From: Mobula hypostoma
Taxonomy: Eukaryota
Length of the DNA: 64,000 nucleotides
NCBI RefSeq assembly: GCF_963921235.1
Contig: NC_086108.1
Coordinates: 86,368,001-86,432,000 of the forward strand
Direction of reading: 5' to 3'
In this document: positions 1 through 13,646 of the stretch, piece by piece
How the letters are laid out: every line of letters starts with the position of its first letter
How positions within the stretch are numbered: the first letter of the stretch is position 1
Made by a program: the position numbers and the translations under genes
The notes under the pieces: model-generated
Database searches by the model: none
Told to the model about the DNA's origin: nothing
The model's input: the letters and a program-made list of their open reading frames with translations, nothing else

Positions 1-2815
1 TAAAGTATCAATCAGCTCCATTACTGTGTCACTGAGCAGACAACATTTGAGAGTGTCTGTGGCAAAACTGACATGTAGCAAAGCCTAATATGTTGGCTTT
101 ATATTATCACTCAATGTCAAAGTCAAAGTTAGTTTCCTATCATATGTACAAGTGCATATCTGCAGAGGTGCAATGAAATACATACTTGCACAAGGCATAT
201 GTGGTAGGGAATTCAGAGTATTGGAGACTACGTCTACCTTGCGCATTGGTGACGAGGATGCTTCACTCCCTGAGAGGCTGCATGTCTTCTACACCCGGTT
301 TGATGAGTAGAACAAAGAGCTGGCGAAGAAGGAACGAATACCACCCCCCCCGCCCCCTAAGGGGATCAGGCGCTGCATCTGGCTGAAGCTGAGGTGAGGA
401 AGACCCTGGCCAGAGCCAACCCATGCGAAGCTGTGGGGCCCAATAATATACCAGGTCGGGTTCTGAAAGACTGCACAGCCCAGCTGATGGGGGGTGCTCC
501 AGGTATCGTCTGGTGGCATTAACCTCAACCATTATGAAATGCTTTGAGCGGCTGGTCATGGAGCACATTAAAGCCCTTCTCCCGACTACACGGGACCCTT
601 TCCAGTTCGTTTATCACTCAAATCAATTCACTGACAATCCAATAACCTCTGCCCAGCCCCACTCGGAAAGTGGGATCTCATATGCTAGGCTGCCGTTTAT
701 TTACTGCAGTTCAGTGCCCAGCACCATCTTACCCCAAAAACTAGTGGGGAAACTGTCCTTGCTGGGTCTCAACAACCCCCTCTGCAACTGGATACTGGAT
801 TTCTTAACAGTAACGCCACAGTCAGTCCGTGCGAGCAGCAAAGTCTCCAGTCACATTACGCTGAACATCGGCACTGCCCCAGGGCTGTGTGCTCAGCCCA
901 CTGCTGTTCACACTGTTGACAAATGACTGTGTCGCAGGATATAGCTCAAACTGTGTCATCAAGTTTGTGGATGTCACAACAGTAGATGGCCTTTTCGAGA
1001 ATAATGATGAGGTGAAGTATAGAGGGGATGTGGAGCTACAGGTGAATTGGTTAAGAAGAACATCCTAAGCCTGAACATGGAGGAGACAAAGGAAATCATT
1101 GTGGACTTCAGGAAGGTGTAGATGAACCACCCCTTTCTGTGAATACATGGCCTCTCTATAGAGAGAGTTAAGAGCACAGGGTTAGACCATAAGACATAGG
1201 AGCAGAATTAGGCCATTTGGCCCTTCAAGTCTGCTCCACTATTCAATCATGGCTGATCCATTTTTCCCCTCCTCAGCCCCGCTCCCTGGCCTTCTCCCGT
1301 AACCTTTGATGCCATGTCCAATCAAGAACCTATCAATCTCTGCCTTAAAAACATTCAATGACCTGGCCTCCACAGCTGCCTGGGGCAACAAATTCCACAA
1401 ATTCACCACCCTCTGGCTGAAGAAACTTCTCCGCATCTCTGTTTTAAATGGATGCCCTTCTATCCTGAGGCTGTGTCCTGTTGTCCTAGACTCCCCCATC
1501 ATGGGAAACATCATTTCCATATCTGATCTGTCTAGGCCTTTCAACATTCAAAAGGGTTCAATGAGATCACCCCTCATCCTTCTAATTTCCAGTGAGTACA
1601 AAGCCAAAGCCATCAAACATTCCTTGTATGATAACAGTTTCATTCCCAGAATCATCTTTGTGAACCTCCTCTGAACCCTCGCCAATTACAGCACAACTTT
1701 TCTTAGATGCAGAACCCAAAACTGTTTACAATACTCAAGGTGAGGCCTCACCAGTGCCTTATAAAGCCACAACATCATATCCCTGCCCTTGTACTCTAGA
1801 CCTCTTGAAATGAATGCTAACATTGCATTTGCCTTCCTCACCATTGACTCTAACTGCAAGTTAACCTTTAGGGTGTTCTGCACAAGGACTCCAAAGTTCT
1901 TTTGCATCACAGATTTTTGGATTTTCTACCTGTTTAGAAAATAGTCTGCACATTTATTTCTACAACCAAAGTGCATGACCATGTATTTTCCAACATTGTA
2001 TTTCATGTGCTACTTTCTTGTACATTCTCCTTATCTGTTTAAGCTGCCTCATGTGTGGCATCATGTCAAAGGCCTTCTGAAAGTCCAAGTATACAACATC
2101 CGCCGCATCCCCCATATCAATCCTATTTGTAATCTCCTCAATGAATTGCAACAAGTTCATCAGGCAAGATTTTCCTTTAAGGAAACCATGCTGACTTTAT
2201 CCTATCTGTTTATGTGTCACAAAGTAGGCCATAACCTCATCCTTAACTATTGACTCCGACATCTTCTCAACCACTGGGGTCTGGCTAACTGGTCTATAAT
2301 TTCCTTTCTGCAGCCTTCCTCTTTATTACAGAGTGGAGTGACATTTGAAATTTTTCAGTCCTCTGACACCATGCCAGAATCCAATGATTTTTGAAAGATC
2401 ATTACTAATGTCTCCACAAACTCTACCACTACCTCTTTTAGAGCTTCTCCTATCCACTTTAATATTGCTTGCTAGCTTGTTTTCATATTTCATATTTTCT
2501 CTCCTAATAATTCTTATAGTTGCTTTCTGTAGGTTTTCAAAGATACTCAGTCGTCTATCTTCCGGCTAATTTTTGCTCCATTATACGCCCGCTTTTTTGC
2601 TTTTACATTTGCTTTGACTTCCCTTGTCAGCCACATTTGTACTATTTTGCCATTTAAGTACTTCTTGATCTTTGGAATACAACTATCCTGCATTTTCCTC
2701 AATTTTTCTCAGAAACACATACCATTGCTGCACTGCTATCATCCCTGCCATCATCTCCTTCGAATTTACTTTGGCCAACTTGTCTTCATACCACTGTAAT
2801 TTCCTTTACTCCACT

Positions 2816-5709
2816 TCCATACCAGATGTAGCAATTCAGATTGACAGGTTTACTATACACCATCAGGATAGATGCAGAGCAGAGGTGGAGGAGTATGCCT
2901 CATGATCAACTCTTCTTGGTGCACAAACATATCAGTGCTGTCCCAATTCTGTGCATCAGACCTGGAATATCCAGCAGTAAAGTGCCATCCTTTTTACCTA
3001 GCACAGGAATTTTCTGGGGTCATTTTGTTTACATTTCAACTCAGATCAATGTCAAGCAGGCTTTAGATGATCTGAGCAATGGGACCAACATGCATGAAAC
3101 AGTGCACCCTAACGCCTTCACCATTGTTTTGGGAAATTTTAACCAGGTCCGTCTGAAAAAGTCACGAAGCAACAACCACCAACAGATCACTTGCAATACC
3201 AGAGGAAACAACAGACTGAACCATTGCTACACCATCAAGAATGCCTATCGTGCTATTCCATGCGCTCACGTTGGGAAGTCTGATCACCTAACTGTGCTTC
3301 TACTCCCTGAATATAGGCAGAGACTATAGGCAGCACCAGCTGTGAGGACCAAGAGGATATGGACCAAGAAGCACAAGAGCGTCTACAGGACTGCTTTGAA
3401 TCGGTGGACTGGACTGTATTCAGGGATTCATCTTCAAACCTGGATGAATATGCTGCAGTTGATACTGACTTCATTAAAACCTATGTGGATGAGTGTGTGC
3501 CCACAAAGACTTACTGTACATTCCCAAACCAAAAGCCATGGATGAACCAGGAGGTACGTTGCCTGCTGAAGATCTGTGGCATTCAAGTCTGGCGACCCAG
3601 GCCTGTACCAGAAAACCAGGAATGATTTGTGGAGGGCTATTTCAAAGGTGGAGAGACAATTTCAAATGAGGTTGGAGGTGACATTGGATGTATGGCAACT
3701 CTGGCAGGGTCTGCAAGACATTACTTCCAACAAATCAAAACCCAATAGCATGAATGGCAGCAATGCTTCACTACCAGATGAACTCAACACCTTCTATGCA
3801 CGTTTTGAAAGGGAGAACACAACTACAGCTGTGAAGATCCCTGCTGCTTCCTATGACCCTGTGATCTCCGTCTCAGAGGTCAATGTTAGGCTGTCTTTAA
3901 AGAGAGTGAACCCTCACAAGGTAGAAGGTCCCGATAGAGTACGTGATAAGGCTCTAAAAACCTGTGCCAATCAACTAGCAGGAGTACTCAAAGACATTTT
4001 CAACCTCTCAATGCTATGGGAGGAAGTTCCCACTTGCTTCAAAAAGTCAACAATAATACCAGTGCTTAAGATAAATATTGTGGGTTGCCTTAATGACTAT
4101 ATCCTGGTAGCACTCACATCTACAGTAATGCAATGCTTTGGGAGGTTGGTCATGACTAGACTGAACTCCTGCCTCAGCAAGGACCTGGACCCACTGCGAT
4201 TTACCTATCCCCACAACAGGTCAACAGCAGACACAATCTCAATGGCTCTCTACACAGCTTTAGACCACCTGGACAACGCAAACACCTACGTCAGGATGCT
4301 GCTCATTAACTATAGCTCAGCATTTAATACCATCATTCCCACAATCCTGATTGAGAAGTTGCAGAACCTGTGTCTCTGTACCTCCCTCTGCAATTGGATC
4401 CTTGACTTCCTAACCAGAAGTCCACAATCTGTGCGGATTGGTGATAACATATCCTCCTCGCTGACGTTCAACACTGCTGCACGACCGGGGTGTGTGCTTA
4501 GCCCACTGCTCTACTCTCTATATACACAGTACTGTGTGGCTAGGCGTAGCTCGAATACCATCTATGAATTTGCCAACGATACAACCATTGTTAGTAGAAT
4601 CTCAGGTGGTGATGAGAGGGCGTACAGGAGTGAGATATGCCAACTAGTGGAGTGGTGCTGCAGCAACAACCTGGCACTCAACGTCAGTAAGACAAAAGAG
4701 CTGATTGTGGACTTCAGGACAGGTAAGACGAAGGAGCACATACCAATCCTCATAGAGGGATCAGAAGTGGAGAGTGTGAGCAGCTTCAAGTTCCTGGGTG
4801 TCAAGAACTCTGAGCATCTAACCTGGCCCCAACATATCAATGTAGTTATAAAGAAGGCAAGACAGCGGCTATACTTTATTAGGAGTTTGAAGGGATTTGG
4901 CGTGTCAACAAATACACTCAAAAACTGTAGTTGTACAGTGGAGAGGATTCTGACAGGCTGCATCACTGCCTGGTATGGAGGGGCTACTACACAGGACCGA
5001 AAGAAGCTGCAGAAGGTTGTAAATCTGGCCAGCTCCATCTTGGGTACTAGCCTGCAAAGTACCCAGGACACCTTCAGTGAGCAGTGTCTCAGAAAGGCAG
5101 CATCCACTATTAAGGACCTACAGCACCCAAGGCATGCCCTTTTCTCACTGTTAGTATCAGGAAGGAGGTACAGAAGCCTGAAGGCACACACTCAGCGATT
5201 CAGGAATAGCTTCTTCCCCTCTACCATCCGATTCACAGAGAGAGTGGTGAATCTGTGGAATTCTCTGCCACAGGAAACAGTTGAGGCCAGTTCATTGGCT
5301 ATATTTAAGAGGGAGTTAGATATGGCCCTTGTGGCTAAAGGGATCAGAGGGTATGGAGGGAAGGCTGGTACAGGTTTCTGAGTTGGATGATCAGCCATGA
5401 TCATACTGAATGGCGGTGCAGGCTCGAAGGGCCGAATGGCCTACTCCTGCACCTATATTCTATGTTTCTATGATTCCTAAATGGACATTGGATCTTTAGA
5501 CACTACCTCATTTTTTTAAAAATATACATTATTTCTGCTTTTGCACTTTTTAAAAATCTATTCGATATACGTATACCGTAATGGATTCACTTATTTATTA
5601 TTATTATTATTTTTTCTCTCTGCTAGATTATGTATTGCATTGAACTGCTGCTGCTAAGTTAACAAATTTCACAACACATGCTGGTGATAATAAACCTGAT
5701 TCTGATTCA
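2816..5709 (+). mobile_element. Rex1/Babar-clade LINE (APE-RT), 5'-truncated and non-functional
   Basis: APE fragments (RGGGVCLMIN, GKSDH). The 601-aa ORF 3576-5381 has RT motifs, but the catalytic FADD is mutated to FAND. Ends AATAAA + (GATTCT)n. Confidence 0.9.
5235..5471 (+). mobile_element. CR1 3' fragment inserted in the Rex1 ORF end
   Basis: RVVNLWNSLP motif, (TTCTATGT)-type tail, and GATTC duplicated at 5230-5234 and 5472-5476. Confidence 0.85.
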
Positions 5710-6194
5710 GAAATACTACTACCTCAGACTTTACCTTCTCCATATCAAAGTTCAAGTTGAACTCAATCATTTTGCGATCACTGCTTCCTAAGGGTTCTTT
5801 TATTTTAAATTCCCTAATCACCTCTGGTTCAGTACATAACACCCACCCAGATCCTCTAGTCAGTTCAATGATAAACTGCTCTAAAAAGCCATCTTTTAGG
5901 CATTCAGCAAACTCACTCTCTTGAGATCCATTACCAACCTGATTTTCCCAATTGACCTGTGTCTTAAAATCTCCCATGTCAATTATCACATTGCCCTTTT
6001 AACACACCTTTTCTATTTCCAATTGTAACTTGTGTTCCACATCCCAGCTGTTGTTTGGAGGCGTATATATAACTGCCATCAAGGTTATTTTACCCTTACA
6101 GTTTCTTATCTCAACCCACAAGGATTCAACATCTTTCAATCCTATGTCACATCTTTCTACTGATTTGATGCCACTCTTTACCAGCAGAGTCACA

Positions 6195-6267
6195 GGAGTG
6201 TGTGGGCCACGGCAGTCAAAGCTCAATCTGGGCATGGCACCTGATGATGATGATGATGATGATGATC
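6195..6267 (+). mobile_element. Very short non-LTR 3' end with a (GAT)n tail inside CR1
   Basis: About 45 bp of unrelated sequence followed by (GAT)8, at a CR1 deletion junction. Confidence 0.5.
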
Positions 6268-8393
6268 CCTAATGCACTGATACTCACCCTGCTGGCTGCA
6301 ATTTTCTCTTATCATCTTCCTGACCTTCCTGACAGTCTGACTGTACCCTATCTTTGTGTTTTTTTTACCATATGTCCTATCCTGAGTCTCTTCACCCCAT
6401 TTCCCACCCCTCTGCCTAGTTTAAACACTCCCCAACAGTCTAGCAAACCTGCCCGCGAGAATATTGGTCCCTCTCAGGTTCAGGTGCCACCCGTCACTTT
6501 TGAGCAGGTTATACCTCCCCCAGAAGAGATCCCAATGATTCAAGAACCCGAAGCCCTGCCCCCTGCACCAGCTTCTCAGATATGCTTCTATCTGCCAAAT
6601 CTTCCTGTTTCTACCTTCACTGGCACGTTGCACAGGTAGCAATCCAGAAATTATTACTCTGGAGGTTCTGCTTCTCAGCTTTTGTCTAGCTCTCTAATTC
6701 TCTCTCCAGGAACTCTTTGCTTTTCCTTCCAATGTCATTGGTACCATTATGTACCAAGACATCTGGCTGTTCTCGCTCCTCCTTAAAAATGCTGCGGACA
6801 TGATCTGAGACATCCCTGACCTTGGCACGTGGGAGGCAACATACCATCAGGGTGTCCTGTTTACATCCACAGAATCTCCTGTCTGTTCCCCTCACTACTG
6901 AGTCCCCTATCACTACTGCTCTCCCCTCTCATCCCTCTTTCCCTTCTGCACCAACGACCCACGCTCAGTGCCAGGACGCATGCATTCCTCTGGGAGATCA
7001 TGCCCCAGAACAGTATCCAAAACGGTATACTTATTATTGAGGGGAATGGCCACCGGGGTGCTCTGTGCTAACTGCCTTTTTACCTTCCCGTTTCTTTTCC
7101 TGACGATCACCCAGCTACTTGCCTCCTGCAACTTAGGGGTGACTACTTTCCTTTAACTCCTATCGATGACCTCCTCACTCTCCCGTACAAGCCGAAGGCC
7201 ATCCAGCTGTTGCTCCAGATCGCTAACACGGTCTTCAAAGAGTTGCAACTGGATGCACTTCACGCAGATGTAGTTCCCTGGGAGTCTCACAGAACTCCAG
7301 CATTCAGTATGAAGAACACACAACAGCCATTTACTACACTCGGTACAGTAAGAGAGAGAAAAAGGGAACCTTAACAGAAACTTACCCTGAGCCAATGCTT
7401 CATTCCTGGGAATTCACTTCATGGATTACCTCAATTGGTCCTTTAATACGCCTCCCTGAACAAGGCGGCACAGTACTGCCTCAATTTTCTCAAAAGATTG
7501 AAGCAAGCAAGGCAACCACACCCCGTCCCCATCATCTTAACTGTGTTTTACAGTAGCGTCATTTACAGTGTCCTGACAAGTTGCATCTCCATCTGGTATG
7601 GGAACAGTTGAGCATTAGACCAGAAGTCCCTACAAAGGACTGTGAGAACAGCTGAGAAGATCATAGGGGTCTCCCTACCATCCACTGGGGGTAATGATCA
7701 GGAGTGCTGCATATTGCATATACAGCGCCCTTAGAACTATTAAGGATCCCACCCATCCATCCAGCATCCTCTTTGACTTTCTACCATCAGGTAGGAGACT
7801 ACGATGCATAAAAACAAGAACGGTCAGGATGAGGAACAGTTTCTTCACCCAGGCCATTAGGCTTCTGAGCTCCCTGCCGCATCGCATTCGAAGTGGGTAG
7901 GTTAATTTGTTCCGTACCTTACAATATTTAATATTAATGCACTTTAGTTTGTTATCATGTATGATTCAGCTGTAGATTTTAACCTTTCTTCATAAATTAT
8001 CATGTGTTATGTGTACTACACTGGTTTGGAGAAATGTCTCGTTTTTATATCCATTATATTGTTTATATATGTTAACATTTATACTGTAGAGTTAAATGAC
8101 AATAAACTTGACTTGATTTGACGTAGCATTATATCAGCAGCATTCAGATGAAAAACAAAGATATATACAATTTTACAAGCAAGAACACAATTAGAACATA
8201 TTGTTGCTAAGCAGTAGTGATTACAGATTTGCTGGTTGGTTGAAGAACTGAATAGCTGAAAGCAGGTAGCTGCACTTGAAGCTGGTGATGTGGGAATTCA
8301 GGCTTCTGTACCTCCTGCCCAGTGGCATAGCCCAAATGGTAGGGAACTTTGATGATAAATGTTGCCTTCCTGAGAAAGCACCTCCTGTGTGAT

Positions 8394-9050
8394 GGTATTG
8401 GGTTTGCTGACCACAAAGTTCTCAACTCAGAAGAAGACCTTAAGCCCTATTGGATATAAATAGCCATGAGTACTCTCACTATACTATACTATAAGTACCC
8501 AATCTTCAAAGACTAATTGACTTCCCCATTTATTCCATGGTGAGCTTAGCTACCAATGCCCACTATTTGAGGGGTGGGTCCCCTCTCCGTACCATGGCAA
8601 GGATACTTCCAGCTAACAAAGTAATTTAAAAGCAGTTTATTTATTTTCAGTGATAGACGTTTAAGTCCAAACAACATTCTTCACACACATTTAAAACTCA
8701 CAGGGGATTTTTATCTTAAACATTTCCAAATTACAGACTATTTCTAAAACACAAAGCATTCCCAAAACACAAGGTACAATTCCTATAAACTAAAAAGACA
8801 TACCAACAATGCGGATGAATGAATCATCCATTACAGAAATCGAAGTGAGAGGAATGGATTTTAGTTTTCTTTCTTTAATGCTTCCTGATGTTCCTTATTC
8901 CATTCCTAATAAGCCTGAACTGTTCTTGACATTTATACCCTTTTTTTTGCCATTTGGGTGACTTTGCACATGCACATATGATATTTCCTCAGATTCCCTT
9001 AGGAGTGGAACTGTATACAAAAAGCAGAAGTCACCAAACTTCCATTCTTG
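8394..9050 (-). mobile_element. Putative 3' LTR remnant of the foamy-like ERV
   Basis: Follows the env stop directly. On the minus strand: TATAAA at 8937-8932, AATAAA at ~8645-8636, and an ...AATACCA end next to an unrelated LINE fragment. No second LTR is available to confirm. Confidence 0.45.
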
Positions 9051-9057
9051 CAGGCTT

Positions 9058-10392
9058 CAATGTTTCAGCAGAAAGAGCACCACAAAAACAATAGCTCCAA
9101 TGGCTAGGGGGAATTGGCCCATTGAAAAACTGCAAAAAACAATACCTGTAACCCAATTTAATGTCATGCCAATCTACCCAAAAACTACATTTTCCACGAC
9201 AGAAGCTAAATCAGCAACAGCTGGAAAGGTCTTAACTATTGTTTCAGCTACAGCAGGGGTTCTCAACCTTTTTTATGCCCTGGATCCACACCATTAAGCA
9301 AGGGATCCATGGACCCCAGATTGGGTACCCCTGAGCTAGAGTGTTAAGTCAGCCCAGGTGTTAGTATGGGTCTCCAAAGGAAAGTTGTGAAAGGAGATGC
9401 CTCGCTCCTCTGATTGTGTCAGTTTGTTACTCTCGCAATGTATAGAGAAATGCTCTTTTGATTTGACTGAGTTTCTTCGAGCCATTGTTGATGAATATCA
9501 AGTCTTCCTCAAATATTCTTAGTAACATCTATCAAAAATCATTCCTTAAAACTGCACTTGCGTTTCTGTCTTGAGATATGCAATAGAGATTAAATCGTCA
9601 AATCAGGCCGAGTCATTTCCTCTCTAAACCTCAAAAAGTGTGTAATCCTCTGAGAGCAGTACATCTAAACAACATTTGTCATCAGTAATTTCTACCTTCT
9701 GAGTGTAACAAAGGAGCGCATTGATGCTATTATGAGAGTGAGGATTGTCATGGCATAGGAGTACAGCCAGTTCTATTGTATTATTAAAAAAAAATCATGA
9801 AAATTGTTTACAGCCCGATCGTGATTTACTCTCTGCCTGTTGATGATAACACCATGTGACTGAATACACAGCAATAATTGAAGGCTTGCTTGTGTAAGTG
9901 ACGTTGTCTACTTGAGGAGTAATGTTATCTGGATAACCCCAAAAATTAACATTATCAATCGATTTCCAACAGTAAAATTTGCCATAGGCTTGTTTCTCCA
10001 TTCTTCAATTTATGGTCAAAGTCTACCTGAACTGTAATTGAACTTGTAAGGACACCAGTAATTCTGAACTAATTTTTGTTGTATATATTATTCACACAAC
10101 AGAACAAATTATCCAAGACTGTTTGACTAAGGGAAAATTGGAAATCTAGGTAGTCTATGGGACTAAAATCTCTAAAAATAATATTAGACTTATCAGTTTC
10201 AGTTGAACAGAGAGGAAAACATTTTTGCTTTATTTTAACTTCTGCTTTCCTGCATTTTTCCATTTTGTCTTCCTATGCAAAAACCTGGAACAAAGACTTC
10301 TCTGTACCATTTAGAATATAACCCAGAAATGCTGAAAATTGTCATGTTACTTTGGACATTTAAAATGGAGTAGAATAGTATCCATAAATAAA
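9058..10392 (-). pseudogene. env: Foamy-like ERV env, TM ectodomain and membrane anchor (decayed)
   Basis: Minus-strand translation gives IYGYY..T*QFSAFLGYIL; PSIIAVYSVTWCY (ORF 9795-10001; cf. foamy PSIVTVNETTSCF); IRGARHLLSQLSFGD; and KTFPAVADLAS...FPLAIGAIVFVVLFLLK (cf. foamy DVWPAAASAL...PILIGVGVILLVILIFK). Confidence 0.75.
9254..9333. mobile_element. hAT-type MITE (80 bp) inserted in env
   Basis: Termini CAGGGGTTCTCAA...TTGGGTACCCCTG. 8-bp TSD AGCTACAG (9246-9253) / AGCTAGAG (9334-9341). Confidence 0.85.
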
Positions 10393-13300
10393 GTAATGGA
10401 AGTGTCTGAAAGGTCTGAAGGTAGATAAGTCATCTGGACTAGATGGACGACATCACAGAGTTCTAAACGAGATAGCTAAAGGGATTGTGCAGACATTATT
10501 AGTGCTCTTTCAACAACCATTAGATTCCGGCGTGGTTCTGGAGGACTGGAAAGTTGAAAATGTCACTCCACTCTTCAAGAAGGGATGGAGGCAGAAGGAA
10601 TGAAGTTATAGGCCAATTAGCTTGACCTCGGTAGTTGGGAAAATGTTGGAGTTGATTGTCAAGGGTGAGGTTTTGGCTTACTAGAATGGACGTGACAAAA
10701 TAGGCCAAAGTTAATATGGTTTCCTTAAAGGAAAACCTTTCCTGACCAATCTGTTAGAATCTTTTGAAGAAATAACAAGTGAGATAGACAAAGGAAATTT
10801 GGTGGATGTCGTGTACTTTGATTTTCTGAAGACCCTTTACAAGGTGCCACAAATGAGTCTCCTAAACAAGATAAGAGCCCGTGGTATTAGAGAAAAGATA
10901 CCAGCAGGGATAGAGCATTGGCTGATTGACAGGAGGCAAAGAATAGGAATAAAAGAATCCCCTTTGGATTGGCTGCTGCTGATTAGTGATGTTCCACAGG
11001 GGTCTCTGGTAGGACTGCTTCTATTTACATTGTATATTAATGATTTGGATGACAGAATTGATGGCTTTTTGGTAATTTTGCAGATGATATGAAGATAGGC
11101 GAAGGGGCAGGTAATATTGAAGAAAGAGACAGGCAGCAGAAGGACTTAGATTAGGAGAATGGCAAAGAGGTGGCAGATGGAACACAGTGTCAGAAAGTAT
11201 ATGGTCGTGTGCTTTGGTAAAAGGAATAAAAACGTAAACTATTTTCTAAATGGGGAGAAAATTCAAATATCAGGGATGCAAGCAGTTTTGGAAGTCCTCG
11301 TGCAGGATTCCCTAAAGGCTAATTTGCAGGTTGAGTCACTGGTTAGAAAGGCAAATGCATGATCTGAGCAATAGGATTAACATGCACGAAACAGCGCACC
11401 CTGACACCTTCACCATCATCTTGGGGGATTTTAACAAGGCCAGCTTGATAAAGTCATTACATAATTATCATCAACAAATCACTTGTGCTACCAGAGGAAA
11501 CAACACACTGGACCATTGGACGTTTGTTACACCACCATCACAAATGCCTACCATGCTATTCCTTGCCCACACTTCAGAAAATCTGATCAGCTGACTGTAC
11601 TTCTACTCCCTGAGTATAGGCAGAGACTGAAGACTGCAGCATTAGTAGTGAGGACCAAGAAGGTATGGACAATTGAAGCACAGGAGCACTTACAGGACTA
11701 CTTCGAATCGGACTATATTCGGGGCATCATTTTCGTATTTGGATGAGTGTGGCACAGTTGTTACCGACTTCATTAAAAACTTGCTGTACATTCCTAAACC
11801 GAAAGCTGTGGATAAACCAGGAGGTTGGTCATCTGCTGAGGGCCAGATCTGTGGCACTTGGGTCGAGTGACCTAGGTCTGTTCAAGAAAAACAGGCATGA
11901 CTTGATGAGGGCTATTTCAAGTGCGGAGGAACAATTCAGAGTGAAGTTGGAGACAACATCCTTTGCATGTAAACTCTCGCAAGGTTTGCAGGACATTACT
12001 TCCTACAAAGCAAAACCCAATACATGAATGGCAGAGATAGTTCACTACCAGATGAGCTCAATGCCTACTATGCCTGCTTTGAAAGGGAAAATGTACCTAC
12101 AGCTGGGAAGATCTATGTTGCACCCAGTGACCCTGTGATCTCTGTCTTGGAGGCTGATGTTAGCCTGTCTTTAACAAGGGTGAGTTCTCACTAGGCAGCA
12201 GGCCCCAAAAGAGTACTGTACTTGGTAGGGCTCTGAAAACTTGTACCAACTAACTGGCAGGAGTATTCAAGGACATTTTCAACCTCTCACTGCTATGGTC
12301 GGAAGTTCCCACCTGCTCCTAAAAGGCAACAATTATCCAGTGACCAAGAAGAGCAGTGTGAGCTGCCTTAATGACTATCATCCAGTAGCACTCACATCTA
12401 CGGTGATGAAATGCTTTGAGAGGTTGGTCATGGCTAGAATGAACTCTTGCCTCAGCAGGAACCTGAACTCACTGCAATTTGCCTATCAGTACAATAGATC
12501 TACAGCAGACGCAATCTCAGTGGCTTTTCACACGACCTTAAATCACCTGGACAAAACAAAAACCTATGGCTGGATGCTGTTCATTGACTTTAGCTCAGTA
12601 TTTAACACCATCATTTACACAGCACTGATCAACAAGCTCTATACCTCTATAGCTCTGGGCCTCTATACCTCCCTCTGGAACTGGATCTTCAACTTCCTAA
12701 CTGGAAGACCGCAACCTGTGCGTATTGGTGGTAATATGTCCTCCTCGCTGACGTTCAACACTGGTGCACCTCAGGGGTGTGTGCTTATCCCACTGCTCCA
12801 CTCCCTCTATACCCATGACTATCTGGCTTAGTCTTGCTCAAGTACAGCTATAAATTTGCTGATGCTGGTAGAGTATCTCAGATGGAGATGAGGGGACACA
12901 CAGGAGTGAGATATACCAGCTAGTGGAGTGGTGTCACAACAACAGCCTTGCACTCAGTGTCAGTAAGACGAAAGAGATGATTGTGAACTTCAGGAAGGGT
13001 AAGATGAGGGAACACATACCAATCCTCATAGAGAGAGCAGAAGTGGAGAGAGTGAGCAATTTCAAGTTCCTGGGTGTCAAGATCTCTGAGGATCTAACCT
13101 GGTCCCAACATATAAATGCAGCTATAAAGAAGGCAAGACAACAGCTATAATTAATTAGGAGTTTGAAGAGATTTGGTTTGTCACCTTCTCCACTGCAAAC
13201 CTTCTATAGATGTGCTGTGGAGAGCATTCTGACAGGCTGCATCACTGTCTGGTATGGGAGGCTACTGCAGAGGACTGAAAGAAGCTATAGAAAGTTGTAA

Positions 13301-13546
13301 AATTAGTCACCTCCATCTTGGGCACTGGCCTCCGTAGTATCCAAGACAACTTAAAGGAGCGGTAACTCAGGAAGGCGGCATCCATTATTAAGGACCCGCA
13401 TCACCCAGGATATGCCCTTTTCTCATTGTTACCATCAGGTAGGAGGTACAGAAGCTTGAAGGCACACACTCAATGATTCAGCAACAGCTTCTTCCCCTCT
13501 GCCATCTGATTCCAAAATTTACATTGAACCCATGAACACCACCTCA

Positions 13547-13552
<6 letters not shown>

Positions 13553-13578
<26 letters not shown>
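13553..13578. repeat. (TA)n microsatellite
   Basis: Direct reading. Confidence 0.95.
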
Positions 13579-13579
<1 letters not shown>

Positions 13580-13646
13580 CTGTTTTTGCACAATTTTTAA
13601 TCTATTTAATATACATATACAATAACTATAATTGATTTATTTATAA

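Larger units (their letters stand above)
1178..7402 (-). mobile_element. Decayed, near full-length CR1 LINE with esterase-type ORF1 and internally deleted ORF2; interrupted by Rex1 at 2816-5709
   Basis: ORF1 motifs: IGDSVVRGTDRRFCG..VHNGTNDIG (6686-6913) and Cys-rich YICVKC (7153-7395). APE motif ESLWVEIRN. RT motifs VYLDFQKAFD, LVRPHLEYC, FFSQRVVNLWN. Tail near 1185. Confidence 0.9.
190..8122 (+). mobile_element. Rex1/Babar-clade LINE RT fragment (pieces ~190-1177 and ~7403-8122), split by a CR1 insertion
   Basis: ORF 513-926 has [14 protein letters not shown] and LCNWILDFLT. The reading resumes at ~7403 (FLGIHF..LNWS..FLKRLKQ), continues in ORF 7694-7900, and ends AATAAA + (ACTTG)n at ~8101-8122. 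Confidence 0.8.

Noticed and set aside
4562..5191. 209-aa antisense ORF and similar shadow ORFs (1306-1674, 34398-34753, 45956-46240)
   Set aside because: These are reverse-frame shadows of LINE RT with no independent motifs.
3576..5381. 601-aa ORF as an active or domesticated reverse transcriptase
   Set aside because: The catalytic motif is mutated (FAND), the upstream APE is frameshifted, and the C-terminus comes from a CR1 insertion.
9590..9750. PHSHN..KVEIT and RGNDSA* as specific foamy TM motif matches
   Set aside because: A better-positioned match (IRGARHLLSQLSFGD) lies nearer the anchor, so this local alignment is ambiguous and was not used as evidence.
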